Source: the human T2T-CHM13v2.0 reference genome, Homo sapiens. From it: a DNA stretch of 64,000 nt. Shown here piece by piece: positions 16,310 to 31,994 of the stretch. The notes under the pieces were generated by a model. It was not told the DNA's origin, ran no database searches, and saw only the letters and a list, made by a program, of their open reading frames with translations. The position numbers and the translations under genes are program-made. Positions within the stretch are counted from its first letter, which is position 1; every line of letters begins with the position of its first letter. Location of the stretch: NCBI RefSeq assembly GCF_009914755.1, contig NC_060940.1, one strand, 5' to 3'.

Positions 16310-16540
16310 GGGATGGTACAATGATTGTTGCCAGAAGCTGGGGGGAGGAAGAAATGGGGAAGTATTGTTTAATGGGTATAGAGTTTCAGTTTTACAAGAT
16401 GAAACGAATTATGGAGATGGATGGTAGGGACGGCTGCACAATGTTATGACTATATTTAGTACCACTGAACTGTACACTTAAAATGGTTAACCGAGTACAT
16501 TTTATGTTATGTGTATTTTACCACAATAAAAAAATAAAAT
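16310..16540 (+). mobile_element. L1M 3'-end fragment
   Basis: ggtatagagtttcagtttt...gaactgtacacttaaaatggttaa...accacaataaaaaa is typical of L1MA/MB 3' ends. Confidence 0.75.
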
Positions 16541-17419
16541 ACCTTAGGAACATTTTCATGAAAAAGCCCACATAAAATTCATTTTAATGCACGTGTTTAT
16601 GCATAGCTTTCTATTTTTCTCTTTTCCCTTTACATTCCTAATTCTAATCAGAGAAGGGAATCCCCTCTGTACCTCCAGGATATTCAGTAAAGACCACTGG
16701 AGGTTCATGCCCTAGTGACAGTGCTCATTTAGCTCCAAATTACAGATGGCTCTAGACTAACTCAACAAAGCTTAAAGAGAAGATTTAAAACAACAACAGA
16801 CAAATACTCATCCTGAAGTTACTGAACTGCCTGCCACAACATTGTTCAAAGGTAGCCAATCAAATCTAGATATTCAATAGCATAACATCAAAATACCCAA
16901 AAAAAACTCTGACATGCAAAGAAGCCGTAAGATATATATAATTAAGATATATATTAACAGGATAAAAATAAGTCATTTATAAATGACAAAAAAGAAGGAA
17001 ATTTCAAGGTTCTTAAAGTAAATATATTTTATAAATACATATAGATAAATACATATATATGTCAAGGTACTTAAATGAAAATTAAACATAGGAGAAAAAT
17101 AGAAGTTATAAAATGAAAAATGTGACATATATAGATGAAAAATAAATATTTGAAATAAAAATTCCATGACATAGAATAAGTAATGGATTTTACCCTAACA
17201 TCAGAAAATTTATAGAACAAATTAGAAGCATTACAAACTAAAGGACAAATGGTAAACTAAAATAAGAAAACCAGAAACTCACTGATACGTCAGACAATAT
17301 GCATCAGTGTAACATACATGTAATCAATATCTCAAAAAGGATGGGTGGGGTAATTATAGGTGAATAAAGAATGGTACACTCATTCCTGAGGGCACCGAGG
17401 AGAGAGGATAGCTTTAGAT

Positions 17420-17552
17420 TTCTAAGGGAGGGTATTATCCATTCATGAAGGTCCAACCCCATGACCAAACACCTCCCAGTGAGCCCCACCTGCAACATTG
17501 GGGATCAAATTTTAACATGAGTTTGGAAGGGGCAAGCATTCAAACCATAGCA
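17420..17552 (+). mobile_element. MST (MaLR) LTR fragment
   Basis: catgaccaaacacctccca...ggggatcaaattttaacatgagtttggaagggg...caaaccatagca. Confidence 0.7.
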
Positions 17553-18899
17553 AGAGTTAAATTTCCTTTTTAAGAAAATCACTGATATGATTCCACTTCA
17601 CCATAGATAAAAACTAGTATTTCAGCCTACCATTGAGTGTGCTTATAGCTCACCAAAAGGGCACTCTGTCTCGGGAATACAGATTTGCCTACAGGTATCC
17701 TATTGCAGTCAAAGAAAGAGCAATGAGGGATAGAAAAGGTTAGTGATGGAGACACCAGCGCTGCATTTTGCAACAAACAATGTAAAAACTTTACGGATTG
17801 GTTCTGCTAACTTACTACAGTTTACATGCCTCTCAGGTGGGAGAATTGTTGCGTTTTTTCTTAAGATAGAAAAGCAATTCAGATAATCTGAAATCTCCAC
17901 AAGAAGGATAAGAAGCACAGCAGAAACTATTCTAGGCAGGAAGTCAATCCTTTCAACTGTCTGTGCTCCATAGAAACAATTGTCTGCACTGGGAGTCATA
18001 TGAGGTACAGACAACAGCCAGACTTCTGATCCTCTCATTAGTGATTTCAGAAGAAATTACCAGTCGACTGAGTAACTCACTGAGTATAGTAAACATTTGG
18101 CACTGAAAGAGGTTAGACGGATAACTATTTGTATCACCATATTCATGAAGCTGGAATATTTTCCATTACTGGTATCACATCCGAATGGAAGATGTTAAAA
18201 GGTCTCTCATCATGTAAGATAGATATGAAAGAACATTTTCTGAGAAATGAAATTATTAACACACCTGTGAGGTGCATGGAAGAGAAAAAAAGAATAATCA
18301 CCTTGAGTTCTTCTCCTTGATAAGAGAACTCACTAAAAACATAAAGAGAAAAATACAAGTTTAAAATAATTAACCAGAAGAAGACGACTCTAGAGATTTT
18401 AAATTGCTGATAAGATTTTAATTTGCTCCAAGTTGAAAATAATTATATTGCTTGTGTTTTAAGGCACATAATGAGCAATTATATCACACATGATGGTTTC
18501 AGCAGTAAAATATGATCCGTTAACAGCTGGAACTCATAAAAGCATAGCACAATGTGAAGATGGAATTTGCTAAAAGAAACCATCTGCTGAAAACTGCTAT
18601 CCTGCAAATTTAAAAATAAAGTTTAAATGTTATTTGTCTTATTTAATAGGTCTGTGAAAAAAAATGCGCTATTTGAAAAGTAGCTGCTACCTTAATTAAT
18701 TCTTTATATTAGACGGCTGGTTACAGTAATGCACAGTAAGGTGCTACATAGATATATTGCTAAATTTTCTGCATATACTATGAATTTGGCTTAAATTATT
18801 TGAAATTTTATAGTTAAAATAACAAATGTATATTTAAATGTTGTGACACAAATTGCAAATATACCTTTAAAAAGCGTCTTACACTCTAAATATTATTTG

Positions 18900-19535
18900 T
18901 CACCTGTATATTTGTCTTTTCTCTATAGGAAAGTTTAAATTCTTCCCTTGAAGCTTTAATTATTTGAGTCTATAAAACAAACTGATAATGTACAAATTAA
19001 CAGGAAAAAAAGGTTTACAGATATGTGCACAAGTATGCACTTGGAGTTTACATAATATATATAAATATATCTATACAAATATTTGTATATTATAAAGAGA
19101 TATACAAATATATATTCTTTATATAAAAACTCCAGGAAAGGCAAGGTAGTCAACACGCCTATGCTGTCTTGAGGTTACAGAAAACACAGAGCTGTAGGTT
19201 GGTAAATCAGGCTTTGCGGAAGACAGGTGACGACAAGGAAGAAAGAGGAGCCTGGCAGCAGAGGTGGTCTTGTTACATGGATGAAACCTCACAGGGAGCA
19301 GCCCTCCTCTTGGGAAGTATAGATAGGAAATGGTTTTTAGAAATGTAAACGTGCCAGGCTCAGTTAATCATTCCAAAACCCAGACAAGGGAGTATCTCAG
19401 GGAAAGCCTGTATATATCAATGCAGATTTTCTCTACAAATGCAAATCTCCCCAACAAACACAGCTTTTCAGCTATTCTTGTAGAAGAAGCTATCTCCAGT
19501 CTTCCAAGTAGCCATCTTGAAATATGTCAAAAAGC
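18900..19535 (-). mobile_element. ERV1 MER4-group LTR remnant
   Basis: atgcaaatctcccc...cagcttt...gaaatatgtcaaa motif shared with the 21.9-22.3 kb element. Confidence 0.5.
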
Positions 19536-19536
19536 T

Positions 19537-19817
<281 letters not shown>

Positions 19818-20844
19818 TAATGTATTTTAGGGTAATATTTTGAGTATCTTTACCTCCATATGTACAATAAAAATTATTGCGATTTTTAATCTTTTCTGTG
19901 GAGAAAACACAGTTGTGATTTCTAGTGTAGCTGAACATCGTTTATTTGACAATATTGCACTTCTGTGTGGGTGTGTGCATGTGTAGCTACTTTTTAATTT
20001 GGTTCTCACAAAATGATTAGATACTAACAATTAATTCAGTAAAATGTATGTTTTGCAACATTTCTCCATGTTATTATGCTTTAAATTAGTTTAATCATGC
20101 CCCTATAATGTGTACATTTTAACCTTTGACTACAGGTCTCAATCCTACTTTGGTTCCTGTATTTGAATTTATGCTAATAAAGTCCTACAGCTAAAAAAGA
20201 TTACATAAACTTTTTAATATAATTTTTACTAGTATTCTGGTGTCATTTTAAATTATGTAATGAAATCACATTTTAATTTGGATTATTATGTGAGTTAAAG
20301 ATCTAAATTTTTAATTTTCTTATAAATATTACATAATTATTTCTGAACCATATATTGACTAATCTGCCCTTTATAAGATGTGTATTATAAGAGCTTGGGA
20401 TTGTTTCATTTGCAAAGATGAATGCTTGAGAAGTAGATATTTAATCATAACATTTCAAAATCTACTGGATAACCTAGAATTGAAAAATAGCCTATAGGTT
20501 GAAAACCTCCTGTAGTGAAGAAAAAAAATAACTAATATACAGTGACAATATAAATATTATAAGTATTTATTTTATTATCACCATGAAATTTGATAATACA
20601 AACATGTAATATCTACATATCATCCATATATCAGGTCATAAAAAATCAATACATTCTTCAAAAATTTAGCATAACAGAAAATGCACTCTCTCTCCTTGAT
20701 GGAATTAAGTTATAAATAAAAGTAAAAATAAGTAGATAAGTAGATGGAAGTAGATGTTTAAAAACAAAGAAAAATATTTGTTTTGGATAACATAAAATCT
20801 CAATTGACAATTCCAATATTTCCAGAACTTTGCCTGTCAACTGG

Positions 20845-21021
20845 TAGAGAGTTTTCCCCAGGAGACATTTGTCAATGTCTAGGGTTATTGTGGGGATGTC
20901 AAGACTGGTGGAGGTGTGAAATTTAGAGGTCAAACGAAACACCTAACATTGCTAGGGCAGCCTCCCACAACAAAGAATCCTCTGGTCCTAAAGGTAAGTA
21001 GCACCAAGATTGAGAAACCAT
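20845..21021 (+). mobile_element. MER20 (hAT-Charlie)
   Basis: ccccaggagacatttgtcaatgtct...cccacaacaaagaat...ttgagaaacc. Confidence 0.7.
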
Positions 21022-21139
21022 AATCTAGACAGGAAACACTACGTAGCTATTCCAAGTGCGCAGGAAAACACATCAGTGCCCTCGAGGGGAAAAGTGTAAA
21101 CATTTTAATTGCTGTACATGGTGACACAAATCCATGTTG

Positions 21140-21590
21140 TTAATCTAAGTGGAAGGGGCTGAAGCACAAAACATAATTCAAAGAGTTTACTTGAGCCACA
21201 ATGAGGACAGCTGCCTGGAAGAAACAGACCCAAGTATCCTTGGATATGAACTCCCTTTGGAGCTTTGCAACAAGCAGTTTCTTAAAGGCAAAAAAGGGTC
21301 CAGAAGTGGGATGATGCAAAGAGGTTTGTCACAAATTCTCATTGGCTTATGGAAATAACATTTATTAGTGACTGGCTATACACTGTTACACTATTTTGGG
21401 GTGTGGATTATAGTGTCTGGTGTGGCGTTATTGGTTAATTTATAGCTACTGTGGCAACAGCAAGCAGCCTAGATGAACACACAGCTCAAAGAGGAGCAGG
21501 ACAGAACTGCTGTCTCATTTGAATAACTCTCTGGGCCTGATTATATAAAAGGACTTGCATTTCTCACATGAAAGTTATTTTCTTTTCTCA
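21140..21590 (-). mobile_element. ERV1-type solo LTR
   Basis: gagtttacttgagcca...gcagtttcttaaaggc; ends ...ttttctca (TG start on the minus strand). Confidence 0.5.
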
Positions 21591-21849
21591 ATGTCCATAA
21601 ATGAGAATAAATAGACGTAAGATACATCTTTTCGAGGATGAGGTAAATGGAATGAAAAACAAAACCCAAGCTGACCAGAAATCATTGAGGGAAGAAAAGG
21701 ATATAAATACATGGATTTTTTCAATGTGATTTTAAGCTATTAGGAATCAGTTAAATGTTGGGGGAATTTGTCTGAGAATGGGCTAAAGAGAATGTCGCTT
21801 TTGCCTTCTGAAGTTTCCCTGAAAATCACGAATAGGAGGCAGATAAATA

Positions 21850-22321
21850 GTAGAAAAGGCATACAGGTTTCTGCAATGTGTGTACACTGGAACCCTTAGA
21901 ACGAAGACCCAGTCACACGATGCGAGCAGAAGCTTATCTACCACATGAAGTTTACAGAAAAATGGGGTCTTGGATCACAGGGAAAAGAAAGAAAAAGGTT
22001 ATGTGAGAAAACGACCCTGGCTAGCAACAGTGGACTTATTACATTGGTGGAACCTCACTGGGAGTAGTCCTCAGAGAGAATAGACAGAAAATGTTTCTTT
22101 CAGACCTTTAGAGACCTCAGCCTCTCAGTTAAACTTTCCTAGATCCAGACAAGGGGGCAGACCTCAGAGAAAACCTGGCTGCATCATGGCAGATTCTCTA
22201 CCGATGCAAATCTCCCCAAGACAGCTTTGCAGCTAACATTGCATTTGCAGCCCTTCTCAATAGCCATTTTGAAATATATCAAGGAAATATATTTAGGGGT
22301 AAAATATATTAGTTTCCTTCA
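21850..22321 (-). mobile_element. MER34/MER39-like ERV1 LTR
   Basis: Minus strand starts TGAAGGAAACTAATATATTTTACCCCTAAATATATTTCCTTGATATATTTCAAAATGGC. Confidence 0.65.
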
Positions 22322-24229
22322 TACAGCTGTAAAACATACAGGAATAATTTTTGTCAATGTCTACTACAAATCCAATATAGCAGTAACTATGAAACCCACC
22401 AGATATTGATGAAAAAATATGTAGAGTACCTCAATTACAAATGTTGATACTAAAATGCCAAATAAAATACAAATAATATCCAACAATATTTGAAACAGTA
22501 AGACAAGAAATTGGCAAAAAAAAAAACCAAATATCCACATTTGGGATGAAAGTGTGTTTCCAAATTTGGTAAGCCAGTAATATTAATAATCATATTGATT
22601 AGCCCAAATTAAAAATAAATAGGCGATTCTCAGTACTTGCTAAAATATATTTGTTAAAAGGCAATATTCATGTCTTTAAAGATTTTAAATGCTACAAAGA
22701 GTCTGATATTCTATATGCAAACGTGTATGTCCATTAGAAGAAGAGAGGCCTGATTTTCATATGTTACTACATAGAGATAGAGAAGTGGATAGATTAATTT
22801 GCATATGCATAGAGAAAGCATAAAATAGAATTTACTATCATATTAAAGGAATTTTAATTCAACAATAAAATAATTCAAAGGTAAAATTTTAAATATTTTT
22901 AACAGGTACATTATTAGTATTAGATAATATTTATAATAATTGTGAAAATCTTCAGCGCTAAAATAAGATACAATGTCTAAACATCAGTATTAAAACTAGT
23001 ATAAATATTTGCTTGTTTATACAAGGAAAATTCAAGCTCAACCTCAAATTATAAGGGAAATAAAAGAAAAATATTAAGGGAGCTCTTTAATGACATAAAC
23101 ATATATATATAAACACACACATATTACATGTATATATGTTATATGGGATAGATATAGATTTAACAGGTTATATCTATATTTGTATCTGTAACTACAGCTG
23201 TATGTATCCACATTTCTATATATTTACTCAGTGATATAAATGTAGACTGGAATAAATATAAAGACACATATGATTCTTGAATAAAAAGGATTTAGTATCA
23301 TAAAGACAAATTCTTTCCAAATTCACTTATGAATTCACAACAATATACAGTTTCATTAGTATAATTTAATATTTCTAAATAAATTCCAAGATTCATTTAA
23401 AGGAATATACATGTATACAAGCAGTCGAGAAAGAAGCAAGAGGGCACTAAACTAACTTGCTATTAAAATACATTTTTAAACTTAGTCACTAAAACTGAGC
23501 AGTACTGATTTGGAGTACTGGAATTTAGGTGTATGGGATCTCAAAAGCACAGAGCTCAAAGGAAGCCCCTGTATGCACGAGAGCTTAGGATGTGCTTTAG
23601 AAGGCATTACCAAACCTCGGGCAAAGTTACTTTAGTGTCTTAGTCTTACTAGGTTTGAAAAGCCAGAGAAAAGACTCAAGACCACCATATAAGAGCAAAA
23701 CAAAAGGACAGGGAGAGAATGTGAAGATACTGAAACATTTTACATAAAGTTGTATAAAACATCTTTTAAAGAAAATATAAACTTTAGGATATACATCAAA
23801 ATCAGCAGAGCCACTATATAAATAAATAGGCATTGTAAAATAACAAGAGAAAATTTAAATGGATTTCTAAAAAATATTGACACCTATGATTTTTAAAATA
23901 TGTTTAAGAAATCCCGTATTTCACAGGGCAGCCTTTCACAACACAGATATGTTAGGACATAAAGGTCCTTCTGTTTTTAATTTACTAGTGTTTATAGGGT
24001 TACAAATGTCTTCTACACTTGTCTTTTGTCTGATGGTGCAAAAAATTTTCATAAGCATGTATTTCTGAATGCCTGATGGATTGACATATATAATAAGCTG
24101 CTAGTATTAAAATATGAGACGGAAAACGCATCCAATCTTCTCACTGTTTACGTAAATTCTAGGTTTCTCCTCTTTACCTCAAGCACATATGGATCGAATT
24201 CTTACCTTTTAATATTGCCATGGCATTCA

Positions 24230-25382
24230 CATTGAACATAAGTTGAACTCTCTCATATGGTAGCTGGGTTCGGATTCTCTTGACAATTTCCAGTTCTAAC
24301 CTTCACAGTTCCTCAGTGTGGTTGGCCCAGATATTGACCCTACACAGTTGTCTCCTCGTGGTGACTACCAGCTATGGAATCGTTGGATACAACCTACCTG
24401 ACTCACCCCACAGACTTCACAGCACACATGGACAGCACCCACATGCCACAGTAACCAGCTCGGTTGCAGCGGGAGTCAAGAAATGTGCCTGCTGGCACTC
24501 ACCCCACTGACTAGTACCCCGTGGAAAACTTATTTGGGTAATGTTCTGGACCAAATAATGGCTGGAGTCCCACAGACCCCTTTTCTGTCTCCTGCTCCCC
24601 ACTCATCTTCCCCATTTTGTTCAGCCCTATGAGGTGTGCTACTGTATCAGTCCATTTTCACACTGCCGGTAAAGACATGCCCAAGACTGGGTAATTTCCA
24701 GAAGAAAGAGGTTTAATAGATGCACGATTCCACATGGCTGGGTAGGCCTCACAATCATGCCGCAAGCTGAAAGGCACATCTCACATGGCAGCAGACAAGA
24801 CAAGAGAGATTGTGCAGGGAAACACCCCTTTATAAAACCATCAGATCTTGTGAGACTTATTCACTATCAGAAGAACAGCATGGGAAAGACCTGCCCCCGT
24901 GATTCAATTACCTCCCACCTGTTCCCTCCCACAACATGTGGGAAATCAAGATGAGATTTGGCTGGGGACACAGCTAAACCCTCTTCTCAGCTACCCTCTT
25001 CTCTCTGGATCTGTGAGTAATAAACCTACTTCTGTGATTTCCCATGTTTGGTTCTGTGGCCTCCATGTGTCTGAGCTGACCTACACTGGAACCTAACTCT
25101 CCTCCTGGCCAGGGTCTCTGAGAGTGCCTCTTGTCAGAAATACACAGGACACAAGTCAGGCAACAGTCACTAGGCATCTCCTAGTCTCAACAGATGTTCT
25201 GTGAGAGGGAGGCCTGGCCGTGGGATGCACACCTGGCCACTGCTGGGGTAAGGAAGTGTCCTGTGAAAGGCACATGTTAAGCATCCACAACCCCCTGACC
25301 AGAACCCCAGAAAGGCAGGGCTCCAATTGACAGTCACTCTCCAGAGACAAACCTCAAGCCCTAACTGGAGGAAAAGAAAACA
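24230..25382 (+). mobile_element. MER74/MER54/MER73-like ERVL LTR, interrupted by THE1
   Basis: 3' part ...gtcctgtgaaaggcac...cactctccagagacaaacctcaag...gaggaaaagaaaaca resembles this LTR group; aataaa near 25018. 5' limit approximate. Confidence 0.55.
24643..24981 (+). mobile_element. THE1 (MaLR) solo LTR
   Basis: tgtatcagtccattttcacactgc...aaagacatgcccaagactgggtaattt...gatgagatttggctggggacacagctaaacc. Confidence 0.9.
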
Positions 25383-26582
25383 ATGTAAAAAGTTCAATTT
25401 ATCTTACTATTTTAATGATCCAGTAAAGACATTCTATGCCTGTACACCACATATTTTCTTCAATTGTGGATTTATTTTAGATAGAATTTTAGGTCTGGCT
25501 TTCACTTTAGCCTGGTCCCTACCTCAAGCATAAGGTAAAGATTTTCCATGCGTTCTTTTCTCGTACTACTACCTGCCAGTGTGGGGTCATGTCCTAGTCT
25601 ATCTTGAGGGAATCCCCCTGTTCATTATTGTCAGAGTGAGACTGTTAAGTCTTGATTTCCCTGGACAACTTCACTGCATGACTTTTAATATGATTTTTTA
25701 ATATACCCTTTACTGGACAATAAATTCTATAGTTAACTGAGTAAGAGATATGGTCAGGAAGAGGCATTGCCTCATTCAGCTTTTCTCTTTGGTGAACTCG
25801 CATATGTTCTCCTCACCCGCCAGTCACCTCTAAACCGTATTGTTCCAAGACAACAAACAGAACTCGAGTGTGTATCTTTCACCACTGGATTTGTGTTTGC
25901 TCCATAAAGCTTCATGCTTAACAGAGTTTCCGTTAGCATTTTCTCTATTTATTTTCCCATAAAATATCACAGGCCTTTTTCATATGGAATTATGGGTGAT
26001 TTCCTTCAATCTGCATCATATCAAGTTGAGGTTCATGTTGATGAAAAGTAAAACATACATTGAAAATATCAGTAAGGATGTTTTCCCCTCCTTTTTAGCA
26101 CCTGTGCTTGTGATACAAGCACATTTTAATACAACTGTACTCTCATGCTTTTATCATTCCTATGATGAAAATAACATTTTTAGATAAAATATCTGAGTTT
26201 TATGAGGCCTTTAGTATGTGATGTGATAGAATATCAGAAGACCATACTTTTTTCTAGTTGTCCGTGCAATTCTATCATTGTTTCATCTTTACTCCTACCA
26301 GAGTAATTTTCCAAAATACAGATCTTGTCATTCTTCCTGTTGTTATCAGTAAAAAAGTGAAATGAAAAGCTAGATTATATAATTTATCTACAACAAGAAA
26401 GTAGAATTGAATCTATATTCATTAATGAGTCTAACCAGTCAATTACACAGACAGGCATTTTACATTTTGAAGATCATATGGACCCACTGTCAGAAATATT
26501 ATTTTTTATGTCTATATGGACATCACCTGTGCATATTTACATAGAAATCAATGAGAGTTGATTTTTATTTTTATTATATATA

Positions 26583-28977
<2,395 letters not shown>

Positions 28978-29305
28978 GTTTTTTTAATACTTGAGTTGTT
29001 CAATAAAAAGTAAACTTCATAAATTCACATTTTAAAATAATTAGAACTACCTCATAGACGCACGGTACCTTCTAGGTTGCTAAAGCCCTCTTCATGTCTC
29101 TGAGGCTGAAAAACACAGGAACCACTGCTTTAGGTGCCCTGTGAGACAGGCCCTGCTCACCACAGAAGCGCAAGCTCACACAGCTTCCTAGAAGGCAAAC
29201 TTGAAGTACCAGAATCAAGTTCTTTCAAGTGCTAATGTTGGTGCTGGGTCCTAGTGTAAAGCCAATTTCCCTTATCATACAGTAACTGAGCACAAGTTCA
29301 CCTAC

Positions 29306-29536
29306 TGGTTTCAGCTGATTCAATGGGCAAATGTGACACGTCCGCATGTCAGAGAACTGCACGGTGATTTTGCCCTTCGGGGTGATGCCAGTCACGGTGT
29401 CTTCTCCAAACTCATCGTGCACAATTTGGCCGCCCAGGCACAGGCGACCATCGATGCCTCCAATCACAGCCAGGACCGCCATGAGGCCCCCCACTTCAGG
29501 GTTCTCGGAGTCGGGGAAGTAGTCCTCTAACTGGGC
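29306..29536 (-). pseudogene. HERC2P exon 42 (last HERC2 exon in window)
   Basis: AQLEDYFPDSENPEVGGLMAVLAVIGGIDGRLCLGGQIVHDEFGEDTVTGITPKGKITVQFSDMRTCHICPLNQLKP; frame reads on through the donor to a stop at 29225. Confidence 0.92.
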
Positions 29537-29640
29537 CTAGTGCAGACCAAACAGTGAGCTCGACCAGGGACACTCACGGAGCTGCCCAATCCCTACAAGT
29601 TTACTGTTCAACTAAATTAATTCTGAGAACACAAACTCAC

Positions 29641-29837
29641 CCCTTCAGAAGGCCTTCCCACAAAGCTGTGGGTGATGGAGCGGAGCTGGGAGTTGATGTA
29701 CTTGTTGATGAGCCCATTCCACTGAGTCAGGGAGTGCAGCGTGCACAGCAGTGCCACCACCACCTCCACCAGTGTGCTGCTATGGGTGGCAGTCAGCAAG
29801 GCCTGCGGGCGCACCCTGCGCCACCTCGGCATGGACT
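29641..29837 (-). pseudogene. HERC2P exon 41
   Basis: ESMPRWRRVRPQALLTATHSSTLVEVVVALLCTLHSLTQWNGLINKYINSQLRSITHSFVGRPSEG; open frame. Confidence 0.92.
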
Positions 29838-29865
29838 CTGAGGAGGAAACAAGGGGAGAAGCTGC

Positions 29866-30051
29866 TGCACTGCTCTTCACCAGGACACAGGGAAGGGAGA
29901 CGGCCACCGACCTCTGAGTGATGGCACTGTGCCACAATTCACCAGGGCACAGGGAAGGGAGACAGCCACCCACCTCTGAGTGATGGCACTGTGCCGCTCT
30001 TCACCAGGGCATGGGGAAGGGAGACGGCCACCCACCTCTGAGTAATGGCAC
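29866..30051. repeat. 62-bp VNTR, about 3 copies, spanning the exon 40 donor and intron 40
   Basis: acctctgagt(g/a)atggcac recurs at 29910, 29972 and 30034. Confidence 0.93.
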
Positions 30052-30183
30052 GTCAGAGGAGCAGGTACTGAGCAAGCTCCCCAAGAAGTCAAACAGCTTC
30101 TCCACCGGGCATTTCATGTCCCTCGCCCTTTTGGTCTTGTCCCATGACGGAAGGACTGCTTGCAACAAATGCACAGCTAAGAT
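30036..30183 (-). pseudogene. HERC2P exon 40
   Basis: [49 protein letters not shown]; open frame; donor lies inside the 62-bp VNTR. Confidence 0.92.
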
Positions 30184-30261
30184 CTGATAAAAGAAAATTT
30201 AAAATGACAAGCATTAAAAATCTGATTAAGAAACTACAGACTGTTACTTTCTCTTTTCTTT

Positions 30262-30572
30262 CTTTCTTTTTTTTTTTTTTTTTTTTTTTGAGACAGAGTC
30301 TCACACTGTCACCCGGGCTGGAGTGCAGTGGCACGGTCTCGGCTCACTACAACCTCCACCTCCCAGGTTCAAGCGATTCTCCTTGCCTTAGCTTCCTGAG
30401 TAGCTGGGATTACAGGCACCCACCACCAAGCCCGGCTCATTTTTCTTGGATTTTTAGTAGAGACAGGATTTCACTATGTTGGCCAGGCTGGTTTCAAACT
30501 CCTGACCTCATGATCCACCTGCCTCGGCCTCCCAAAGTGCTGGGATTACAGGCATGAGCCACTGCGCCCAGC
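30262..30572 (-). mobile_element. Alu (AluS-like)
   Basis: Poly-T followed by antisense dimer. Confidence 0.92.
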
Positions 30573-31011
30573 CTCTCTTTATTTTCTGTTCTCATAATGC
30601 AAATAATCATGTGAAAATTTTGAGATTCGTTATTTTACAGCCAGGTAATTACACTCAAGTTGATTAGTGATTAGGATTGTCAGGGACTTTAGAAAAAAGC
30701 AACATTACAGATGCATGTGTTTAATTAAAAAAGAATTATTTTTAGTTTAATTCTTAAGACAATTATGCTACAAATTCTGTGAAGCAGATGAGCAAGTAGT
30801 TGCAGGATTTACCACTTAAAAGCAGGTAAACTAAAGGTTAGCAACTTACCAATTATCAAGGACCACTGCCCCTTGCCTCCAGAAAATCTACCCTGTTACT
30901 TCTAGACCCTTTCTGCACTCCTTACTGAATAAAGGCCCGACTCTAAGGGCAGGGAACTTCAGTACATGGATGCCTCTCTCAGGGAACTGGTTTTGCCTGG
31001 CAGCACGTTAC

Positions 31012-31193
31012 CTGCCTCTGCAGCGAGGCGGCAGTGAAGGGTGTGTGCCCTTTCATGACCTTCATGAGCAGCGTGATCCACTGCGGGGAGCTGAGGGCGC
31101 TGCACACCTGCGGCGTGAGAGCGATGCTCCGCACAAACCCCAGCATGCACCAGCTCCGGTGTTGCTCCCTGTACACCAGCCTGTTTGGAGAAG
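31012..31193 (-). pseudogene. HERC2P exon 39
   Basis: SPNRLVYREQHRSWCMLGFVRSIALTPQVCSALSSPQWITLLMKVMKGHTPFTAASLQRQ; open frame. Confidence 0.92.
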
Positions 31194-31394
31194 CTGCGGA
31201 AGGGAAAATAGACATGCTTGGTAACAAGTCCCTAAAGACAAATCCCTAAAGATAAATCCTTATTTTTTTATCAACTTATTTTATTTTCTACAATAAGCTC
31301 CTTTAAAATATATTGCAGTTTGTAAATTAATTCAAACTAATTCAAAGTGAGAAGTGCAAGAAGGCTTTTAAGGTAGTTCAAGAAACATTTCCGC

Positions 31395-31515
31395 ATTTTT
31401 TTTTTTTTTTTTTTAAGAGATGGGCCCTGCCCTCACTACGTTGCCCAGGCTGGTCTAAAACTCCTTCAAGTGATTCTCCTGCCTTGCCCTGCTGAATAGC
31501 TGAGACTACAGGTAT
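31395..31515 (-). mobile_element. Alu monomer/fragment (FLAM or AluJ-like)
   Basis: Poly-T then gagatggg...gttgcccaggctggtctaaaactcc...gactacagg. Confidence 0.7.
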
Positions 31516-31994
31516 TTTTAAAACCTTCTAAGTATGTGTAGTAAAAGTAGTTAGGGAATTTTAGCTATGTATTGTTTCTAGGCAATAAGAAAATGATCTA
31601 TAATTCAAATAGCAGTAATTTGCAACTGCATTTTTAATTTTGTGTTTTAAATATCTCCACAATCTTGCTTATATTTAATCTGCACCACTTAAATACTTTT
31701 TTTGCATTTTTAGTAGAGACAGTTTCCAATCCAAGTTTAATACATCTGCATTAACAAAATGAGTTTTTCACTAGGTTTACACCATTGGATTCTGGCACCA
31801 GTGGGCCCACCTCTGCTCCGCCTGGCTCCAGGACTCCATTACTCCCTGAATGGAGGCTGAGGCTTGGAGGCTGGGCCCCCCTAAGGGACCCCGCCCACAG
31901 CCCCACAGGACCTGCTCTCGCCTCCCACCTCCCCCCCGCCCACCTCCCCCGCCCTCAGCTATCCAAGCTTTTGAGGACACCTGCCTTCCTTCAG

